Shown here: positions 36,277-48,039 of the stretch, in pieces
How the letters are laid out: each line of letters starts with the position of its first letter
Position numbering within the stretch: position 1 is the stretch's first letter
Origin: Mobula hypostoma
Lineage: Eukaryota
DNA length: 64,000 nucleotides
Direction of reading: 5' to 3'
Assembly (NCBI RefSeq): GCF_963921235.1
Contig: NC_086097.1
Coordinates: 160,086,001-160,150,000 of the forward strand
Made by a program: the position numbers and the translations under genes
Notes under the pieces: generated by a model
Seen by the model: the letters and a program-made list of their open reading frames with translations, nothing else
What the model was told of the DNA's origin: nothing
Database searches by the model: none

Positions 36277-36890
36277 TCATAAATCAAAGTATTAAGTATT
36301 GGAGATGGGCTGCTATGTTGAAGTAGTATAAAATGTTTCTAAGGCCTAATTTGGAGTACTGACTGCAGTTTTGGTAATCTACTTACAGGAAAGATGTAAA
36401 TAAGGTTCAAAGAGTACAGAGAAAATTTGCAAGGATGATGCCAGGACTGGAGGACCTGAGTTCTAAGGAAAGATTGAATAGGTTACGACTTCATTCCTTT
36501 GAATGTAGAAGATTGGGGGGGATATTTGATAGAGGTATACAAAGTTATGAGGGTATGGATAGGTAAATGCAAGCAGGCTTTTTCCACTGAGGTTGGGTGA
36601 GACTACAACTAAAAGCCAGGGGTTAAGGGTGAAAGGTGAAAGTTTAAGGAGAACACGAGCGGTAATTTCTTCACTCAGAGAGAGAGTGTGGAACAAGCTG
36701 CCAGCGTAAGTGAGGCATACAAACTCGATTTCAACATTTAAAAGAGGGTTGGATAGGTACTTGGATGGTGGTGGTATGGAGGGCTATGGTGTCAGTGCAG
36801 ATCAATGGGAGTTGGCAAATTAAATGGTTCAGCACAAACTAGAGGGCCCAAAGGACCTGTTTCTGTGCTGTCATTCTCTGTGACTCCATC
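36277..36890 (+). mobile_element. CR1 3' fragment
   Basis: RPNLEY..QFW and DLIEVYKVMR remnants; tail ctgtttctgtgctg... Confidence 0.85.
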
Positions 36891-37515
36891 ACTCTGTTTT
36901 CCGTTCAAGGGCATATATGTTTCCATACCAGGCTGTGATGCAATCAGTCAATATACTCACCACCACACATCTATAGAAGTCTGTCAAAATATTAGATGTC
37001 ATGCTGAATCTTTGCAAACTTCTAAGGTCATTAGGCGCTGCTGTGCTTTACATGCTGGGCCCAAGATAGATGCTCTGAAATTATAACACCAAGGAATTCA
37101 AAGTTCCTGACCATCTCTGCCTGTGATCCCCAGATGAAAACTGACTTATGGACCTCCTGTTTCCTCTTACTAAAGTCAATAATCAGCTCCTTGTTCTTAT
37201 TGATATTGACTGAGAAGTTGTTGTTGTGAAGCCACTCAGCCAGATTTTCAATCTCCCTGCTATATGCTGATCCGTTACCACATTTATTTCAGCTGACAAC
37301 AGTGGTGTCATCAGCCAACTTAAATATGGCATTGGAGCTGTGCTTGGCCTCACAATCATAAGTATAAAGCGAGTAGAGCAGGGGGTTAAACACACACTCT
37401 CGTGGTTCACTGGACTGAGGGAGATTGTGGAGGAAATGTTGTTGCCAATCTGAACTGACTGGGGTCTGCAAGTGAGGAAATTGAGGATCGAGTTGCACAA
37501 AGAGTTATTGAAGCA
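36890..37515 (-). mobile_element. Rex1/Babar RT fragments
   Basis: PLLYSLYTYDC...IFKLADDTTVV. Confidence 0.8.
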
Positions 37516-39119
37516 ATGATTTAAGAAAAATGGAGGATTGTGGGCTGTGTAGAAGGAATGAGTTAGATTGATTGTGAAGTACTGAAATGTAGATCAGCAC
37601 AACATCATGGGACAAAGGGACCATGCCATACGTAGAGCATACTGTCTATGATCTAATCTCAGAGTATTTCCCTTCTGCTCTCCTTATAGAACCCTGGTTT
37701 GATAATAGTAGCAAAGAGAGGCATGCGCCAAGCCATTGGATTACAGAAATTCATGGATGCTTAGTTCCGAGAGGCTAGAACAGTTCTATAGCAATTACTG
37801 TAAAGAAAATCTAAACCAAGAGTTGGACATTTTGCCAGCACTAACAAGAAAGTAGGTGGAACCAATTTATAATTGATAGTTGAAGGTTTAGTTATGCTGA
37901 AGGAAAAATACTCACTGTATGAAAACATAGTGAAAATTGAAACCCTCTATCTGCTTAGATATACCTGGATGGCACTTAGTAATACTATAACTTAATATAC
38001 CAAAAACTGAAAAGTGAAATTAATTTCTTTCACTTTGCTATAAATATGATGGACTAGAATCATTCTTCAACGCTGAAGATTCCTGTGGTTCTATCAAATT
38101 GGTCACTTAACAGCATTGAAAACAAGCTATCAAGGTTTGTGATAACGTATTATCAAGGTGGACTTTCAAAGAATCTTTCATTCCTCCAATATTTATTGGA
38201 GTTATTTAAGAAAGTCCAAATCAAAGAATGAAAAGCACTTAAATTTCAGCAGTCATCTCATGAAATTGCCACACATGGGACTGTTAATAAACATCAAAAC
38301 TAATTAGCCAGCTGTTAAAATATTGTAATAATAGGACAGAAAACATGTTGATGGATAGAGACCGATCTAGCCGATGACAATGATTGATAGACTCTGTTCC
38401 ACATGTCCCATTTCATGCACTATTTATTAATGATAAGGAATTTCATTGTTATTTGGTAACATATATAAGTAATGCTAGTTCATTCAGCCATTTGACCAGA
38501 ATAAAGAATGTTAACTTTAGTCAAAAGCCTTTAAGTCAGTAGAAAGTAGATTCCAAGGAGAGTAAGAGCATGAACTAAACAGCTATTCTTCGGTCATGTT
38601 GAAATTTGGAGTGATTAATTACTATTGAGTAGAACTAATCAATGTGAAGTCATTAACAGAGCTACTCTCCCATTGGAATACATGGAAAGAATATTTCAAA
38701 AGTAACTTTCCGAGTTACTGCAACTTCATGTTTTAATTATTCATTGAAATGTTGGAGATATCACTGTCAAAGCCACCATTTATTATTGATTGCTAATCTC
38801 CTCTGACCAGGCGACCCAGTAGTTCCATTTGACTTTCACAGTATTTATTTATTTATATTTAGAGATACAGCACAGAACAGGCCTTTCACCAAATGAGCCA
38901 GACCACCCAGCAAACCAGCTATTTGTTATACAAATAGAATATACAAACTTCTTATAGAGGATGCCAGAATTGAACTCCGAACTCTGACCCCCCCCGCCCC
39001 CCAAGCTATAATAATGTTGCACTGACCACTATGCTACCGAGGAAACATGAAGTAAGAAGCTGGAAAGATCCATTCTTTTTCAGCCTGTCTTTTTTGTTGA
39101 GGATGAGGAGCAGTTCATT

Positions 39120-40520
39120 TTCAAAGCCTTCCCTCAGTAATGCACCCCAACTCTTCTTGTGTTACATTGATGACTGCATTGGTGCTGCTTCATGCACCCA
39201 TGCTGAGCTTGTCAGCTTCATCAACTTTCCCTCCAACTTCCACCCTGCTCTTAAATTCACTTGGTCCATTTCTGACACCCTCCTCCCCTTTCTTGATCTC
39301 TCTGGAGACAAACTGGAGACCGACATCTTTTATAAACCTATTGATTCCTATGGCTATGTTAATTATACCTCTTTGCACCCTGTCTCCTGTAAAAATGCTA
39401 TTTCAGCTTTTTCATCTCCGCTGCATCTGTTCCCAGGATGTGGCTTGTCTTTACAGAATATCAGAAATGTCTTCCTTTTCAAAGAACGGGGTTTCCTTTC
39501 CTCCACCATTGATGCTGCCCTCATACACATCTCCTCCATTTCCCAAACATCCACGCTCACTCCATATTCCCACAACCTTATCAGTAATACGGATTCTCAT
39601 GTCCTTACCTACCACCCCATTAGCTCTGCATCTAACACACCCTCTGCAACTTCTGGCATCTTCAAAAAGATCCTAATACCAAACACATCTTTACCTCCCC
39701 ACCTCTATCCACATTCCAAAGGAATCATTCCCTCCATGATTCCCTTGTCCATTCGTCTCTCCCCTCTAATCTCCCTCTCGGCACATCCCTGCAAGCGACC
39801 AAAGTGCTACACCTGCCCATACACCTCCATTCAGGGCTCAAACAGTGCTTCCAACTGAGGCAACACTTCTGCTGCAATCTTCTGGGGTTGTCTATTGTAT
39901 CTAGTGTTCCTGTTGCAGCCTTCTCTATATTGGTGCAACCGGTCGCAAACTGGGGGACCACTTTATTGAGCACCTTTACTCCATCTGCCAGAAGCGGAAA
40001 TTCCTGATGGCCAAACATTTAAATTCCGATTCCCATTCCCATTCGGACATGTGAATCTATGACCTCCTTCTGTGCGATGATGAAGCCACCCTCAGGGTGG
40101 AGGAGCAACACTTTACCCTCTGTCAGGATAGCCTCCAATCTGATGGATTTCTCCTTCGAGTAAATATGTTTTTTCCTCTTCTTCTATTCCTCACTCTAAT
40201 ATCTTACCTCTTCTCACTTGCCTGTCACCTCCCTCTAGTGCTCCTTCTCCTTCCCTTTCTCCTATGATCCACTCTCCTCTCATATCAGATTCCTTCCTCT
40301 CCAGCCTTTACCTTTCTGACTAACTTGGTTTCACCTATCACCTTCTAGCTATCCTCCTTCCCCTCCCACCGATTTTTCATTCATGTCCAGAAGAACGGTC
40401 CATTCCAGTCATCAAGAAGAGTCTCAGCCTAAGATATTGATTGTATGGACTGTTTATTCACCTCCATGGACGCTGCCTGATCTGCTGCATTCCTCCACCA
40501 TTTTGTGTGTGTTGTTTTTG
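39120..40520 (+). mobile_element. Decayed 5'-truncated PLE: RT C-terminal half, GIY-YIG endonuclease, 3' repeat
   Basis: LFLCYIDDCIG (YIDD), NFHPALKFTW, LPFLDL, DIFYKP and CKRPKCYTC; homologous to 44651-45911. Confidence 0.9.
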
Positions 40521-43500
40521 AGTTCAATACACTTTCCCACTTAGCTCTTTAACATACTGCATTCATTCATTTCTGTTTGAAGAATAGTCGATCCTGGCCT
40601 ACCATCATCTTTAGGTAAGAAACATTTCTACTGAAGCTAAGTATTTTCAGTCATCTTTTTCTAAAGGTTAACTTTGAATAATATGCCGAGGATAATGGAA
40701 ATAATATTCCTTTGAGTGATTATTTTACCTCCAGGAATTAACGTGTGCCTCTCTTGCCAAATGATTTTCTTGTCTTATCTGATGAGTACAATAGAGTCAT
40801 TTCTTCATATTGTTATAACAGAGTTGATCTCCATCTGTTCTACATTTTCCCACTGGTGTCCTTGATCTGTTAGTGAAGACAATGTTAGCAGACCCTAGAG
40901 CATTCCACAATTCTGAAGACAAAGTTTTGTAATTTCTTTCTTGGAGAAGGAGGGTGGAATCCGAATACTGCTGGCAAAGCTAGCATCTCTGTTCTGCATC
41001 ATTTATTTCCCTGGACATTGGGGTGGTGAGCTTCCTTCATGAACTGCTGCAGTCATTCTGCATAGAGGTTCCAGGATCTAGTCAAATGATGGCAATATAC
41101 TTCCAAAGCAGGATGGTGTACGACTTGGAGAGGACTTCTGTAGTGTTTATGCTGACTGCACCCCACAGAAGCTCAGCTGTAACCTGCCACACGAAGGATG
41201 GATTTCTCCCCCTCTGTGATTCAGCTCACTGGAAAATAGTGGACGATCTTAGTATACCATTTTACTAAGGATACATTATTTTATTGGAGATAGGCCTGCT
41301 CAATTTGGCTCTCACTGTAGGCTGTCAGGATACCTCCAAAGGTAGAGTTTTGCTAAAATGCCAGGGATAATGAGCACAGCAACTTCGCATTAATCATTTT
41401 ATCCACCACAGTGATCTTTTACTTTCAAAGTAAATGTTAAAGATAAGGTAGTTGGATTTTGATGCTTCATTGCCCACTCGAAGGTAACTTGAATATGCAA
41501 TAACGCATCAAAATCTGACCACTTTCAATTTAAATATTAAACAGACCTTGTATAATTGATGAAGAAGTAAATAAATAAGTGACACAATTAATTTAATTCA
41601 ATATTTGCTGAAGAAATCCTTCAATCTAGCTGCTTACAAGGAAAACATCAGAAGGTCACAATCTATTCCTTTGTCAACAACTTTTCAATAAATGGTGTCT
41701 GTATTATTTCAATTCTTATCAATGAGAGAGTTACTCTGTCCAAAATATATAACATTCCAGATTGAAAACAGCCATATCATTGTAACTATCACTGCCCAAT
41801 AATTGTTGTGGTCATTCTGATGTGGATAACTTATCACATTGAAAAATTGGCCATTGTATACAGCATGTAACTTTATTAAAATATTTTTTGTTTGTTCAGT
41901 AATTGGTTACCTTAGGAATTAATGAAATCCATTACACTTGTATTTAGAGAGAACTTTTGACTTTTGACTGAGTTTCTAATGAACCAGGTATCTTGTCCCA
42001 TGAGAAAGAAAAACAGGGCTTTAAGATTTCGCAGAATTTTGAACGAGTACTTCTTTGTATTGAGTTAGGAAAAAAACTTTTGATTCTTAACTGGATCTCT
42101 AATGAGTTAAACACAAAACTTCCCTTTGAAGAATGAAAGCTGAGGGTAACCTCATTGGGGAATTTTAAATTAATCACAGTTTTGGATTGAGTGAATACTG
42201 AGAGGATATTTTACATTGCAGGGCAGCATCATTAGAGATGAACAAATTGAGATAGTTACCAAGAAATCATATGCAGAATGCAAAATACCCATTAACCCGA
42301 AGAGTAGCAAGAACATCAACTTACTACCAAGGGGAGCAACTGAAGCAAAGAGTGTAGATGCATTTAATGGGAGGGGTTGGTTGAACAGTAAATAAAAGAA
42401 AAAGGAATAGATGGTTAAAGTTATAGATTTGGATGAGGAAAGAAAAGAAGCTTGACTCATCACAAACACATGTGGATAGATCGAGCCTAAGTCTATAGGT
42501 TTGCATCTTAACTGATCATTCGAACTGTAAACCATCGCTTTGTGATATTAATATATTTTTTATCTCTCCATTACCACAATATGATCTGCTGGTCATATCC
42601 TACGGTTATGCACTTTACCACAACCTATACTCCCATGAAATTATTATTACTCTCTAACAGTCACTATCCACCAGTATTTTGCCCTATATCAACTCAATCC
42701 AATCCTGCCTTCTCCATATCACAGATATGCCCCTTGTCCTATTTATCTCTGCCCATCTTCCCTACAACTTAAAACTAATTTGGTTTTCCATCATTCCAGG
42801 TTTTGATGAAGGGCCTCTGACCAGGAACATGAATTTTGTTTCTCTGTACGTTGATACTACCTGACCTGCTGAGTGCATCCAATATTTTCTGCTTCATCTG
42901 CTGCTTTCATACTTGTGATCTGCACATTCCTTTTCTGTGTTACACATCCAATGTAAACTGATGGAATTTTTATGTATAGCTCCTGCACCTACGGCAGACA
43001 TGATCTTTGATCTCTTGTGCTAGGTGATACACATGCAGTTGCAGTCAACCTCCATATATGCAAAATCTCAAAAGATACAACAGTATAGAAATGAGTACAA
43101 CCAGATGACCAACACTTGAACAAGAAACCAGAGATAAACTTCTCCCCCATTGAAATAAACGTACCTTTCTATAACAACTATGGAATCACAGAAATATATG
43201 GTTAAGGAGCAAGTCATTCTTCATATTGTACATATGTAAACTCTTTAAAATGAATTATATTTTTCATGCTGTAACACTCTTCTTTTCAATTACTTAATTG
43301 AAGCAGAATCTTTCTCCCTCACAATTTCCATAGGCAATTGTCCTTGTTAAATCACCATACTACAAAATAAAAATAACACTCCAATTATTTAGAGCAGCAG
43401 AACCTTGACAGCAAACTGCAGGATATTCAAGCCTCTGTGTATGATGACTTATGTTTATTTTTGCCTGAGGAAGTAAGGAAGAGCAAGAAACACATAGATT

Positions 43501-43606
43501 TATAGACACAAACACGAGGAATTCTGCAGATGCTGGAAATTCAAGCAACACACATCAAAGTTGCTGGTGAATGCAACAGGCCAGGTAGCATCTCTAGGAA
43601 GAGGTA

Positions 43607-43644
43607 CAGTCAACGTTTCGGGCCGAGACCCTTCGTCAGGACTA
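43607..43644 (-). ncRNA. Minimal type I hammerhead ribozyme motif (intact core)
   Basis: Minus strand agtc-CTGACGA-a-gggt(ctcg)gccc-GAAA-cgTT-gact. Confidence 0.8.
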
Positions 43645-43940
43645 ACTGAAGGAGGAACTAGTAAGAGATTTGAAAGTGGGAGGGGGACGGGGAGATCCAA
43701 AATGATAGGAGAAGACAGGAGGTGTAGGGATGGAGCCAAGAGCTGGAGAGGTGATTGGCAAAAGGAGTATGAGAGGATCATGGGACAGAAGGCCCAGGGA
43801 GAAGGAAAAGGGAGTGGGGGGGAATCCAGAGGATGGGCAAGGGGTATAGTCAGAGGGACAGAGGGAGAAAAAGGAGAGAGAGAGAAAGAATGTGTATTTA
43901 TAAATAAATAACGGATGGGGTACGAGGGGGAGGTGGGGCC

Positions 43941-44267
43941 TTAGCGGAAGTTAGAGAAGTCAATGTTCATGCCATCAGGTTGGAGGCTACCCAGACGGAA
44001 TATAAGGTGTTGTTCCTCCAACCTGAGTGTGGCTTCTTCTTTACAGTAGAGGAGGCCGTGGATAGACATATCAGAATGGGAATGGGATGTGGAATTGAAA
44101 TGTGTGGCCACTGGGAGATCCTGCTTTCTCTGGTGGACAGAGCATAGGTGTTCAGCAAAACCATCTCCCAGTCTGCGTCGGGTCTCGCCAATATATAGAA
44201 AGCCACATCGGGAGCACCAGACGCAGTATATCACCCCAGCCGACTCACAGGTGAAGTTTTGCCTCAC
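43941..44267 (-). pseudogene. PLE GIY-YIG endonuclease domain (left arm)
   Basis: GVIYCVWCSRCGFLYIGETRRRLGDGFAEH...EEQHLIFRLGSLQPDGMN. Confidence 0.9.
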
Positions 44268-44659
44268 CTGGAAGGACTGTCTGGGGCTCTGAATGGTGGT
44301 AAGGGAGGAAGTGTAAGGGCATGTGTAGTACTTGTTCCACTTACAAGGATAAGTGCCAGGAGGGAGATCAGTGGGGAGGGATGGGGGGGACTAATGGACA
44401 AGGGAGTTGCGTAGGGAGCGATCCCTGCGGAATGCAGTGGGGGGGGGGAGGGAAAGATGTGTTTAGTGCTGAGATCCTGTTGGAGGTGGCGGAAGTTACG
44501 GAGAATAATATGTTGGACCCGAAGGCTGGTGGGGTGGTAGGTGAGGACCAGGGGAACCCTATTCCTAGTGGGGTGGCGGGAGGATGGAGTGAGAGCAGAT
44601 ATGCGTGAAATGGGGGAGATGCGGTTGAGAGCAGAATTGATGGTGGAAGCTATCTGGGT

Positions 44660-45512
44660 TATTCCTCTTCTCACCCTGTCTCTTGCAAAAACGCCATCCC
44701 CTTCTCGCAATTCCTCCGTCTCCGCCGCATCTGCTCTCAGGATGAGGCTTTTCATTCCAGGACAAGGGAGATGTCCTCCTTTTTTAAAGAAAGGGGCTTC
44801 CCTTCCTCCACTATCAACTCTGCTCTCAAACGCATCTCCCCCATTTCACGCGCATCTGCTCTCACTCCATCCTCCCGCCACCCCACTAGGAATAGGGTTC
44901 CCCTGGTCCTCACCTACCACCCCACCAGCCTCCGGGTCCAACATATTATTCTCCGTAACTTCCGCCACCTCCAACAGGATCCCGCCACTCAGCACATCCT
45001 TCCCTCCCCCCCCCCCGCATTCTGCAGGGATCGCTCCCTACGCAACTCCCTTGTCCATTCGTCCCCCCCCATCCCTCCCCACTGATCTCCCTCCTGGCAC
45101 TTATCCTTGTAAGTGGAACAAGTGCTACACATGCCCTTACACTTCCTCCCTTACCACCATTCAGGGCCCCAGACAGTCCTTCCAGGTGAGGCAACACTTC
45201 ACCTGTGAGTCGGCTGGGGTGATATACTGCGTCCGGTGCTCCCAATGTGGTCTTCTATATATTGGCGAGACCCGACGCAGACTGGGAGATCATTTTGCTG
45301 AACACCTACGTTCTGTCTGCCAGAGAAAGCAGGATCTCCCAGTGACCACACATTTTAATTCCACATCCCATTCCCATTCTGACATGTCTATCCACGGCCT
45401 CCTCTACTGTAAAGATGAAGCCACACTCAGGTTGGAGGAACAACAACTTATATTCCGTCTGGGTAGCCTCCAACTTGATGGCATGAACATTGACTTCTCT
45501 AACTTCCGCTAA
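44660..45512 (+). pseudogene. PLE RT thumb/linker plus GIY-YIG endonuclease (right arm, frameshifted)
   Basis: FFKERGFP, RVPLVLTYHP, Cys-rich linker CKWNKCYTC (Neptune-like) and VIYCVRCSQCGLLYIGETRRRL. Confidence 0.9.
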
Positions 45513-45813
45513 TGCCCCACCTTCCCCTCGTACCCCATCCATTATTTATTTATATATACACATTCTTTCTCTCTCTCTCCTTTTTCTCCCTCTGTCCCTC
45601 TGACTATACCCCTTGCCCATCCTCTGGGTTTTTCCCCCGCCTCTCCCTTTTCCTTCTCCCTGGGCCTCCTGTCCCATGATCCTCTCATACTCCTTTTGCC
45701 AATCACCTGTCTAGCTCTCGGCTCCATCCCTCCCCCTCCTGTCTTCTCCTATCATTTTGGATCTCCTCCTCCCCCTCCCACTTTCAAATCTCTTACTAAC
45801 TCTTCCTTCAGTT

Positions 45814-45850
45814 AGTCCTGACGAAGGGTCTCGGCCCGAAACGTCAACTG
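45814..45850 (+). ncRNA. Minimal type I hammerhead ribozyme motif (one stem I mismatch)
   Basis: agtc-CTGACGA-a-gggt(ctcg)gccc-GAAA-cgTC-aact. Confidence 0.75.
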
Positions 45851-47301
45851 TACCTCTTCCTAGAGATGCTGCCTGGCCTGCTGCGTTCACCAGCAACTTT
45901 GATGTCTGTTGCATAGATTTATAGAGTGTTCTTTCCCATATTATGCAGGATATTCCATAATACAAGTTTGAACTAAATGAAGTAGCTTGAAGTATAGTTT
46001 CCACTCTTCATTAGCTTTCCCTGTGGGTCTCTTACATCACCCTTTCATGTTCTTATCAGTTCTATTATTCTGTAAAAAGTGAGTGAATGTGATTCAATGA
46101 GACTGTGGTGCAGATCTCCAGAAGCAAGTTGAAGAACATTTATTAATGTGTGGCAATGCTTTTTTTCACCCAAAAGCTTTGAAATCGTGGGGTTAGGTGA
46201 CAGACATCATGAAACAAACACTTCCAGCATGTAACATTACTATCTATTAGTGGCAACTAGTCTTTGCTACAGTTATCATGGAAAATGCATGAGCTATTTA
46301 TGCAATGATGAAAAACCTCTTTTCACTTTGTGTTTCTCGTAAGAAGCTTGTCACTGTATATATATTTTGCTCTCCCATGTGAAAGCAACAATGTGATACA
46401 GGGAACAAGGCATTGTCTCGATGGCATTAGCTTACACCTCAGTATCCAAATATAGATAATGCAAATGAATTATGGCTAGTAGGGTGTTTTTCACTGATTT
46501 ACCAGGTGGGTGCTTGACTAGATAATCCCTACAGACATCTGCCAGGGAAAGAAAACAGCTGGCATATTGTCTTTGCTCTGTTTCAGCTGCAGTTAAATGT
46601 AACCTGGGCTCATAGAACAGAATTAATCTTTCTCTGAATGCTAACTTGCAGAATTAAGAAGTGAAATATGTATGATCTAAAGGCATGGCAGATAATAGGT
46701 TTATATTGTGACTGTTCAGTAATGATTAGTTGTCACTGTGTTAACAGAGGAGAGCTATATAGTTTGATGGTGAAGGAAAAGGGAAAATACTTTCTCAAGT
46801 GGGTGATCAAGAACAAACTAAAAATTAAAGCTAATTGATTCAGTGATGCCAAGAACTGCACTCAAATTACATTGAAAATCTGTTATTTTCTCATTTGCTA
46901 GGGCAATTAAAATTTTCAAACCAATAAAAAGATCTAACAAAAATATATTAAACATTACAAAAGAGTTACAACACAGATAGCCAATTGAACAATGAATAGG
47001 AAACAGATCCAGGCATGAGCATTAGTTTTCTGTCAGCATTAAGAAAATATATTAGGCAGTGAATTATTCTAAGTTCATCACTTGGAGCATTTGAACTCTG
47101 ACGCTTAAAATTTTATTGGCATTTGCCAAGACAAGTTAAAGACTAACAGTGTGGGGAACCTTTTGGCATTTTATCTGAGGACACACTGTAAGAAATAGAG
47201 CAGTGCAGCTTCTAATGAATGAACTCCTAAACTGGGGTGGGTGGAGCGCAGTGGGATTTGCAATAAGAAAGTTGAGCGAAATCCAAGGATAGAGGAAGGT
47301 T

Positions 47302-47741
47302 CACAAACAAGAGAAAATCTGCAGATGCTGGAGATCCAAAGCAACACAAACAAAATGCTGGAGGAACTCAGCAAGCCAGGCAGTATCTATGGAAAGAAGT
47401 ACAGGTGACGTTTCGGGCCGAGACCCTTCGGCAAGACTGGAGAGCAGCGAGCTCACAAAGGGGGAGCAGTGAGAGAGGGTTTCACTAAACTCCCGTCGAA
47501 GGGAAGTTTTAAACTACGTCAGGGTAAGCATCCTTGGAAGAGACTTCGCAGTGTAATAATCAAATCACAAACAAGGAAAATCTGCAAATGCTAGAAATCC
47601 AAGCAACCCACACAAAATGCTAGAAGAACTCAGCAGCATCTATGGAAAGAGGTACAAAGAGTACTGCCGAAGGGTCTCGTACTGTACTTTTTATAGATGC
47701 TGCCTGGCCTGCTGAGTTCCTCCAGTATTTTGTGAATGTTG
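47302..47741 (-). mobile_element. Mini-PLE (repeat, ORF start, repeat on minus) plus a short inverted arm
   Basis: 47445-47560 (reverse complement) is homologous to 7885-8005 (ATG at 47531, ..SLRREFSETLSHCSP); terminal repeats on both sides; inverted arm at about 47661-47741. Confidence 0.8.
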
Positions 47742-48039
47742 TATGGAGAAAAGGTTAATTGATTGGGTTGGGGGATCAAGGCAAGAGATGTCTGCTCAGG
47801 ATGGAGGGGTAGGAGTTCACAAGTCAGGAATCTGCAAACGCTGGCTGAAATTTTGATTAGTAAGTCAGAAAGCTGCAAATAAAACTGGTTAGGGATGGCG
47901 AATGCAAGGTGTTGAGAGAGAATGAAGGAACAGGTCAGGCAAGAAAATCAATGGGTAGAAGGGAGGGGACAGTGCAATCCAGTTCCAACACATGATTTTC
48001 TGCTCTCTAATTACTGTCATTAACCTTCCTCTATCTTGC

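Larger units (their letters stand above)
43507..45911. mobile_element. Palindromic PLE insertion: two 5'-truncated copies joined at their 5' ends (minus arm 43507-44650, plus arm 44651-45911)
   Basis: About 1.14 kb inverted arms; 14-bp TSD catagatttataga at 43493-43506 and 45912-45925. Confidence 0.95.

Noticed and set aside
44541..45512. 323-aa ORF as an intact endonuclease gene
   Set aside because: It starts in the antisense arm and crosses the inversion junction; only the C-terminal part is in the true PLE frame
46300..46380. C/D snoRNA (ATGATGA box)
   Set aside because: No D box or terminal stem at a suitable distance
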